A stretch of DNA of 31,273 nucleotides from Macrostomum lignano (taxonomy: Eukaryota). Numbering within the stretch: position 1 is the stretch's first letter; each line of letters opens with the position of its first letter. A model generated the notes under the pieces. It was given only the letters and a program-made list of their open reading frames with translations, was not told the origin of the DNA and searched no databases. Below, in pieces: positions 23,275 to 31,273 of the stretch. Position numbers and translations under genes: made by a program. The stretch spans positions 1 to 31,273 of the forward strand of contig NIVC01004923.1 in assembly GCA_002269645.1 (NCBI GenBank), given 5' to 3'.

Positions 23275-23527
23275 GATAAGAGGAGAGAAGAGGGCATTGA
23301 GGAGAAAGGGTAGAGAGAAAGGGGGAGAAGAGAGGAGAGTAAAAATGAGAGGAGAGAGAAGAGGGAAAAGGGGGAGAGAGAGAAGAGGGGAGGCAAGGTA
23401 GAGAAGAAGAGAGAGATGAGAGTTGAAGAGACACCAACCTTGCTACTCGTAGTTAGGAAGTTTCAAAGAACCCGAGGGGCGAGGGCCAGATAGAGGGGCT
23501 TCGCGAGCCGGAGTTTGCCGACCCCTG
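23275..23527 (+). mobile_element. 3' part of a Charlie/hAT-like MITE nested in the 22175-24371 element
   Basis: GA-rich tract, then gaagtttcaaagaacccgagg...gccggAGTTTGCCGACCCCTG, homologous to the right end of the 27563-27985 element. The right flank is ctccagag. No left TIR found. Confidence 0.78.
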
Positions 23528-23685
23528 CTCCAGAGTTTAAGAAATCAATGGGAAACTGTTGACGCGGGCTTCTGATTTCAAAGATCTTGTCTGTTGTTGA
23601 AGGCTTCTATTCTGTTTTTGCTCTCCTGCCACACTTGCACCTACTACCCCCTGATTGCCTCTGATTGTGACTTACTTCCCTCTTA

Positions 23686-24170
23686 TTGCGACTTAGTTGC
23701 TTCTTTTTGCGACTTACCTAATCCTTTTTGCGACTTACCTAATCCTTTTGCGACTTACCTAATCCTTTTGCGACTTACCTAACCCTTTTGCGACTTACCT
23801 AATCCTTTTTGCGACTTACCTAATCCTTTTGCGACTTACCTAATCCTTTTGCGACTTACCTAACCCTTTTGCGACTTACCTAATCCTTTTTGCGACTTAC
23901 TTAATCCTTTTTGCGACTTACCTAATCCTTTTTGCGAGTTACCTAATCCTTTTGCGACTTAGCTGATCCTTTTGCGACTTACCTGATTCTTTTTGCGACT
24001 TACCTAATCCTTTTTGCGACTTACCTAATCCTTTTTGGGACTTACCTAATCCTTTTTGTGACTTACCTAACCCTTTTGCGACTTACCTGATCCTTTTTGC
24101 GACATAGTTTGCTTCTTTTGCGACTTACCTGATTCCTGTTGCGACTTACCAGTACCTGATTATTTTTACA
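23686..24170 (+). repeat. 20-21-bp subterminal tandem repeat (GCGACTTACCTAATCCTTTT[T]), ~22 copies
   Basis: gcgactt recurs at 23709, 23730, 23750, 23770, 23790 and onward; the length of the T run varies. Confidence 0.95.
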
Positions 24171-26206
24171 ACTTAGTTTGCTTCTTTTGCGAATTGTTTT
24201 TCTTTTGCTTCACGATTTTCCCTGAACTGCTTTTTCTTTTGCTTTCCTCTTGCCTTTCTTGGTTCTTGTGTTTTTCTGTTTTTGGTTGACTCAATTTTGC
24301 GACTTACCCCTGGTCAGCCACGATTTACGGTGGCCGGATCGGCCAGGTCGGCCAGCAGTTGCGCATGTATGATGAGCTTGTACTAAAATTATGATAGGTC
24401 ATCCCATAGAAAGCTAGTAATAGAGAGGGTGGTCACTTCTTAGGAGGATAGGAAAATAGTCATCTAGGGGCAGCAGCCTCTTTTACCCCCTTGCTTATAC
24501 TGCCATTGTAAAGTAATAAACATAATATGTTAATGCTACTAAGATTTATAAACTTTATTTTTTTGCAAATAAAACAAAAACAATAACTAGGCTAAAGCCG
24601 TAAAGGCACTAGGTTAAAAAACTTTTAATGGCAATAGTTACCTATTATGAGACACTTCAATTTCAACAAATTAATGCTTCAAACAATCAATTAATTTTCA
24701 AAGGAAAAGTAAGTTATATAGAATTTTTAGCTAAAATTGTTGCAATTACAAATATTGAAAACTGACCCAAATTCAGTAGTGGATTAAGGCATAGGGGGGA
24801 GGTGCACAGTGTTTGCAACTCCCCCATTGTCAATTAAGTTTAATTTTTTTTCTAGGCCTATACCAACTAATTCATTAATAATAATGCTATGCCCTAATAA
24901 TATTACCCAATGAGGCTTGTAGAAATAATAGGTCCTAAATTGCCTTAAACACATAATACATAACTTTTGCGATTTCTCATAAGTCAGATGGGATAATGAT
25001 GTAACTGATAGTATAATTTTATAGTGATCGAATTGAATAGTCAAATTGATTGATCGAATTGGCCTAGTCGATTTTAATTGACTTGGTTAAATGGTTTCTG
25101 GTAATTTAATTAAATTACATAGTTTTGCTTGGGTTGTAGCATTAGAAAGTAAATACAGAGCTAAAACCAAATTGTCACGTGCCAATCTTTAACGACAATG
25201 AACATTGTATTTAAGCCTGACACCCCGCGTGCGGCCGCGTGGGCGGCGTGGCGTGTCCTAGGCAGAAGTGCTTTGTTTACAATAGATTGCCGAATCTTGA
25301 GTGGTAAGATTGCTTGTCGCTCGAATTATATATTTTTTGTATTATCCCTAAACAGTAGCCCTTCTGAACATAAACCCAAATTTTAACTTAGACTATTTTT
25401 TATTACTTGTAAATACAATATGCATTTATTACAAGTCAAAGTAAAACCGGCAGCAAACTTTGTTAAAAGTTGTAACTGGTGTAAGCTTTCATTTATTCAA
25501 TATCGGTTAAAGAATACTATTTTTCGTTGCCACACTGTTTTAATATCCAAAAATATCCAAGGGCAAGACAACCCATTTTTTTTTAAAAAGAACTGGCTTT
25601 GCCTATTGTGACTCTCAAATCCTTTTTATTTATCTACGATTTCTATTCGTAGGTAAACCAAAGTCAATTAGATTAGATTACTAAGGTTCAAGTAAAAAAC
25701 TTTAAGAGTCTACAATAAAAAGCCTCGAAGAACGTTTATAAATTTTGAAAAATGGTCACTTTATGTTCTGGAATTGAGTTTTGACTTTTAATAAAGTCAC
25801 AGAAGCAGTTTTGGATAGAAAATTTTAGTTTTTAACGATTTCGATCCATCCAGATTTTTTTCGATTGCCACTACCAGTGACAAAAATTACTGAAAGAAGC
25901 AGACAAAATTTTATCATGATGTAGCTAGTATACAGCTCATATTTATGAACTTTTTTCTGTGTTCGATCGCATACCTGCCGACAGACCATTTTTAGTATAT
26001 GGATTCAGGATTCTTTAATTTGAGCAATTACTTATTCCAGCCTTAGATATAGCCATATGCAGATCTAGAGCATACAACAGAAAAATTAGATTAATTATTA
26101 GTCTACATCGTTATTCTCAAATCAATTATGACGTTTAGTTTTATACTATTATTTTTGTGTTTAAAAATACTCCCAGCAGAAATATCGCCTTTTCAATTGC
26201 ATGTAA

Positions 26207-26727
26207 ATGACCAGCCACGTTGCTATCGAACCACTGCTCGTGTCCACAATGGACTTCGAGAACGAGCGAGAATATTTTCATACCGTCATAGCTAAAAAGC
26301 TTGATAAGTTGTGCCAACTGAAAGGTCGAAGATTTTTCCCAGTTGACCTGTACCGCGGCCTCACTGAGGATCAGCTGGAGTCGGATGACCTGGTCCAAAT
26401 CTCACTCGACGCTGTAAAACGCTGCTCCCCTTATTTCATTTGCTTAATAGGCGAAAAATACGGCCTGCACGTGCCGCCGCCACCGAAAGTGGAAGACAAA
26501 GACGAGGATGCCGATAGGGAGGCCTTCCTCAGCCCACTCATGATGGGCGGAGGCCTCGGCCTCGGCCTTGGCAGTCGCCGGATGTCTCGCCGAGGCTCGT
26601 TTACGGACTTCCGGAAGCAGCACAGGCGAAAGTCGTTGGCCAGTTTTGTTGGCTCGTCGCCTAGTAACACGACGGAGCAGCAGAATGAGTGGCTGAAAGC
26701 CAGTTTGAAAAAGGCTGCGGAGAACGG
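26207..26727 (+). CDS. DUF4062 / P-loop NTPase (TTC41/NPHP3-like) gene, exon 1 (DUF4062)
   Basis: Reads VSTMDFENEREY...LDKLCQLKGRRFFPVDLYRGLTEDQ...SLDAVKRCSPYFICLIGEKYG, the DUF4062 pattern. Donor AACGG|GTTCGT at 26727/26728 (phase 2). Confidence 0.85.
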
Positions 26728-27039
26728 GTTCGTACCTGAACTTCTATCACAAGGAGGGGGTTCCTAAAGTTCAAATTTCACAATAACTTTTCTATCGGCT
26801 GTTTTTAGGCTTTATTTATTCCTTAGAAGCTGAGATAAAATTCTTTGAAGATTTGAAGCTGCAATGATTCAACTTCTCCTATGACTACCCGAAAATAAAA
26901 AGCACATATGCAAATACGAGCTTAGAAATACTTTTTGAAGATTCCCCACCTCTTCGTAAGCTGCTGTGCTGTAATAAGATCCTTTATTTAAAAGGTCATT
27001 CAGGATACTCACAAATATAAACTCGACTATAATTTGCAG

Positions 27040-27223
27040 ATACACCTGGCTACTGAACGATGCCTACACCAACAGCAGTGTGAACGATCTACAAACAACT
27101 TTGGCCGTATTTCTCAAAGCCTGCAAGCACTGTTTCATTTATGTGCGCTCTGCTGCGCACCAGGACTCGCTCTATAGACACCTGGGCGAGGCCGAACGAG
27201 AACGGCTGCTGAAACAATTCAAG
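27040..27223 (+). CDS. TTC41/NPHP3-like gene, exon 2
   Basis: ttgcAG|A ... TTCAAG|GTAACA, 184 nt, phase 2 to 0. Reads (G)YTWLLNDAYTNSSVNDLQTTLAVFLKACKHCFIYVRSAAHQDSLYRHLGEAERERLLKQFK. Confidence 0.85.
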
Positions 27224-27562
27224 GTAACAATGTTGTTATTAAAGTATAGGCAAATTTAGGGGCATATCACTTCTTTAGCATTCTTAAATTAGTTGCCAAC
27301 ACGCATATGTAGTTTGTAGTTCGTTTACGTTATTTGGCCGAGGAGAGGCTCAGAATGTGTACAGAGAGAAAGCCATGGCCCTGTACTCCGTGGGAGAGTC
27401 GTATACCTAAGTTGTACGTACCGGTGTGCATGTGCGTGCTCAGGCGGCGGCGAAATCGGCATGGGTCCTTTGCCTCCTTGCCAGCTAATAATCGTATAGA
27501 GTAACTAACTGACAAAAGCTTTACCCATTAGGCAACCAAATGGCTAATAAGTGCCACTAATC

Positions 27563-27985
27563 CAGGGGTCGGCAAACTTTTTTAACCCAAGGACCAGATA
27601 AGATCAATGCTGCGGGCCTAGATGAGAAAAGAGGTGAGACAATGAGAGACGAGAGGCGAGATAAGAGAGAAGAGTGGGGAGATGAAAGGGGAGAAAAAAG
27701 TAGAGGAGAGGAGAGATGAGAGGAGAGAAGAAAGGAGAGAGATGAGAGGATTGAGGAGAGGAAAGAGATGAGAGACGAGATGAGAGAGAAGATTTGAGAA
27801 GAGAAGAAACGAGAAGAGAGGTTAAAGAGGAGCAGAGGGGAAAGGAGAGAACGGAGATGAGAGATGAGAAGAGACACAACCATGAGAGGGCCGGATTGCT
27901 ATTGTGAAGTTTCAAAGCACCCGAGGGCCGGATAGAGAGGCTTCGTGGCCGCATGTGGCCCTCGGCCGGAGTTTGCCGACCCCTG
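27563..27985 (+). mobile_element. Charlie/hAT-like MITE (423 bp) with GA-rich interior, in intron 2 of the TTC41-like gene
   Basis: Perfect 16-bp TIR CAGGGGTCGGCAAACT / AGTTTGCCGACCCCTG. 8-bp TSD cactaatc / ctttaatc, 6 of 8 identical with central TA. Confidence 0.88.
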
Positions 27986-28099
27986 CTTTAATCTGTCATA
28001 GTGTCTTTCAGTTTTGTCCATAGAATATTCGGATATCGTATGCTCGTGAAATCATACCTGTAGTGTCTTGCTCACAAAACACGCCTTTTGTACTCGTAG

Positions 28100-28795
28100 G
28101 TGGAATCAGATTACGCAGCGATGAAAGTGGAAGAGCTCAAACAGAGACTAATTCGCAAAGGCTTGCCAATCAAATTCTTCACCACACCGGATGAGCTCGA
28201 GCAGGTAATCCTCGCCGACTTCGAAGAGCATCTTGGCGTGCGCTACATCGACAGCGTCGACTTACCGGGCATGTCGCTGTTTGACGCCATGGAACGGGAT
28301 CAGCGCATCGAGCAGGAGCTGCGGCTGCAGGGACTGCAGATTAACTCCGACTTCTCTCGCTGCATCGCCGACATCGACAGATTCGTTGCCGACGGCGAAG
28401 AGGACGACAGAGCAAATATGTCGGTAGCCCACGACCCTCTGGATGCGTTTGTACGCCGCGATCACAGCGAGATTATGGCCAAGACGCATCTGCAACAGCA
28501 CAGCGGAGCTCGACAATCCGCGAAGTCGCCAAGAATTTTTTATTAGCCGGAGAGCGCGGCTGCGGCAAGTCGACACTGCTCTCCCACTGGCTGCGCAACT
28601 ACGCCGAGACGCAAGCCGTCGCTCGAGCCGACGCTGCCTCCGATGGCGGACCGGCCGGAGAAGCCGCTTGGCTGCGTCGGCAGCCGCTAGTGATTCCCTA
28701 CTACGTTGGGGCCAATCGGGCCAGCTGCGACGCTATGAACTTCATGGAACTGGTCAAGCAGAGAGTGCACCGGAACTTTAACGTGCGAAGTCACG
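28100..28795 (+). CDS. TTC41/NPHP3-like gene, exon 3 with Walker A; apparent 1-nt deletion in a T6 run at 28536-28541
   Basis: tcgtAG|GTG, then ESDYAAMKVEELKQRLIRKGLPIKFFTTPDELEQ... The frame stops at 28546. The -1 frame continues LAGERGCGKSTLLSHW...PLVIPYYVGA...RSH to donor CACG|GTGAGT at 28795/28796. Confidence 0.82.
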
Positions 28796-28844
28796 GTGAG
28801 TGAGAGCTTAGAGCGGAGAAGCTGCGATGAGCCGGAGTGGAAAG

Positions 28845-29480
28845 GGCCTGATACTCCCTAATAGGACTGGAAAATGCTAGATACTCCCTGATTGGACTGG
28901 AAAAGGCTAGATACTCACTGATTGGACTAGAAAAGGCTAGATACACCATGATCGGACTGGAAAGGGCTAGGTACTCCATAATTGGACTGGAAAGGGCTAG
29001 GTACTCCATGATTGGACTGGAAAATCCTAGATGCTCCCTGATTAGACTGGAAAGGGCTAGGTACTCCATGATTGGACTGGAAAAGGCTAGATACTCACTG
29101 ATTGGACTAGAAAAGGCTAGATACACCATGATCGGACTGGAAAGGGCTAGGTACTCCATGATTGGACTGGAAAGGGCTGGGTACTCCATGATTGGACTGG
29201 AAAGGGCTAGGTACTCCATGATTGGACTGGAAAATGCTAGATGCTTCCTGATTGGACTGGAAAAGTACTCCATGATTGGACTGGAAAAGACTAGATACTC
29301 CATGATTGGACTGGAAAAGACTAGATACTCCCTGATTGGACTGGAAAAGACTAGATACTCCCTGATTGGACTGGAAAATGCTAGATACTCCTTGATTGGA
29401 CTGGAAAAGGCTAGATACTCATTGATTGGACTGATAAAAGCTAGATACTCCCTGATTGGACTGGAAGGAACTAACGGTTC
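28845..29480 (+). repeat. 30-bp intronic minisatellite (ATTGGACTGGAAAAGGCTAGATACTCCATG), ~21 copies
   Basis: Units align at 30-nt spacing. One 24-bp unit at about 29261. A block of variant units at 28891 recurs 180 bp later at 29071. Confidence 0.96.
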
Positions 29481-29579
29481 CCTAATTGGATTACACGAAC
29501 GCGGTCACAAAAGCTAATGATACTTCCAAGAAAATGGCTCATTTTTTCAATAAAACACCTCGCCATCCACAACCCTCAG

Positions 29580-29726
29580 AGCCACCATTTCTAATGCTGG
29601 ACCCGGCATTCACCTACCAAGAGGTGGTCGGCCTCATTCGAGGCGGCCTTATCGATGGGCAAAATCCTGCTCGTTATCGACGGTCTGGACTGCTTTGGTG
29701 ACTCTGTCGGCTGCCGCTGCGACGAG
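29580..29726 (+). CDS. TTC41/NPHP3-like gene, exon 4 with Walker B; apparent +1 frameshift near 29630
   Basis: ccctcAG|AG (phase 1) gives EPPFLMLDPAFTYQEVV. Skipping one G gives ASFEAALSMGKILLVIDGLDCFGDSVGCRCDE, then donor GAG|GTTTGG. Confidence 0.75.
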
Positions 29727-29818
29727 GTTTGGATTCACTATTTTTAGCGACAAAAATTGCTTAGAGAGTTAATCTAATCTAAGTAGTCTGTTTTGCGCGT
29801 AACAACAAAAATTAACAG

Positions 29819-30147
29819 GTGAAGCGGCTCGCCTGGCTGCCAGCCCGCCTGCCGCCCGGCTGCAGAATCGTGGCACAGCACGCTGAGCTCCGACCTCACC
29901 TGCGCCAGCCTGTCGCGCCGTTCCGACGTGCAAATCTTATCGGTTCGGTGCTACGGCTGACACAGGCGCCGAGATGATGGCCAACTTTAGTGCCGATTTC
30001 GGCCAGACACCGGGCGACGACTTCTGGAGGCCTTTGTTGAAAGTCCTCTGGCGCCCAGCTGCCCGCTGGCTCAAGCGCTGCTTGCGCTGGAGTACCACAT
30101 TGTGGGCTGCACTGCCGACAAGCGGGCCGCCTTTGTCAATGCAGTTG
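29819..30147 (+). CDS. TTC41/NPHP3-like gene, exon 5 (several apparent frameshifts); gene continues beyond the window
   Basis: taacAG|GTG, then [18 protein letters not shown] / [21 protein letters not shown] / ... / [31 protein letters not shown] in shifting frames. Donor GTTG|GTGAGT at 30147/30148. Confidence 0.65.
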
Positions 30148-30154
30148 GTGAGTC

Positions 30155-31273
<1,119 letters not shown>

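Larger units (their letters stand above)
22175..24371. mobile_element. Non-autonomous DNA transposon (2197 bp; P- or hAT-superfamily-like) with TIRs and perfect 8-bp TSD
   Basis: Perfect 15-bp TIR CATACATGCGCAACT (22175-22189) / AGTTGCGCATGTATG (24357-24371). Identical TSD ATGAGCTT at 22167-22174 and 24372-24379. TGCGACTTA motifs occur near both ends (about 22210, 22235, 23690-24170 and 24299). Confidence 0.88.

Noticed and set aside
22665-23437. Leu/Ser-rich ORFs, also 27557-27954
   Set aside because: They are translations of CT/GA low-complexity tracts in transposon interiors.
19005-24170. Regularly spaced short repeats as CRISPR arrays
   Set aside because: The units are head-to-tail with no unique spacers, there are no cas genes, and the context is eukaryotic.
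27330-27515. GC-richer intronic segment as an extra exon of the TTC41-like gene
   Set aside because: Exons 27223 and 28100 already join in phase 0 with continuous family-like sequence, and this segment lacks convincing splice sites.
28533-28546. aattttttattAG as a real acceptor that would explain the Walker A frameshift
   Set aside because: It would need a phase-1 GT donor upstream within exon 3, and I found none; a 1-nt T deletion restores IFLLAGERGCGKS more simply.
28791-29517. ORFs 28948..29517 (+, MIGLEKARYS repeats) and 28791..29303 (-) as repeat proteins
   Set aside because: They are translations of a 30-bp minisatellite inside a GT-AG intron. The exon-3 frame hits TGA at 28801, so intron retention would not use them.

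Overview
This is eukaryotic, intron-containing invertebrate DNA. GC-rich low-complexity exons, AT-rich short introns, dense minisatellites and long GACA/GATA tracts resemble a Macrostomum-like flatworm; this assignment is inference only. Four host genes can be supported by splice-phase-consistent exon chains or clear coding signal: (1) the terminal exon of an unknown, possibly TULIP/BPI-fold gene (2052-2471, +); (2) a complete two-exon secreted WSC+PAN/apple protein (7418-8160, +, 220 aa); (3) a multi-exon RUSC1/2-like RUN-domain gene (12617-16324, -, probable extra 5' exon at 19556-19814); (4) a DUF4062 + P-loop NTPase (TTC41/NPHP3-like) gene (26207 to beyond 30147, +) that carries several apparent frameshifts. 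Mobile DNA comprises a decayed BEL/Pao gag with a candidate tRNA-Lys primer-binding site, a 5'-truncated LINE 3' end, two hAT-type MITEs with 8-bp target-site duplications (TSDs), and a 2.2-kb non-autonomous element with terminal inverted repeats (TIRs), a perfect 8-bp TSD and a nested MITE fragment. At least nine tandem arrays are present (periods 4, 20-21, 21, 23, 28, 30, 40 and 48 bp). I see no CRISPR array, rRNA or tRNA gene, and no prokaryote-type system.
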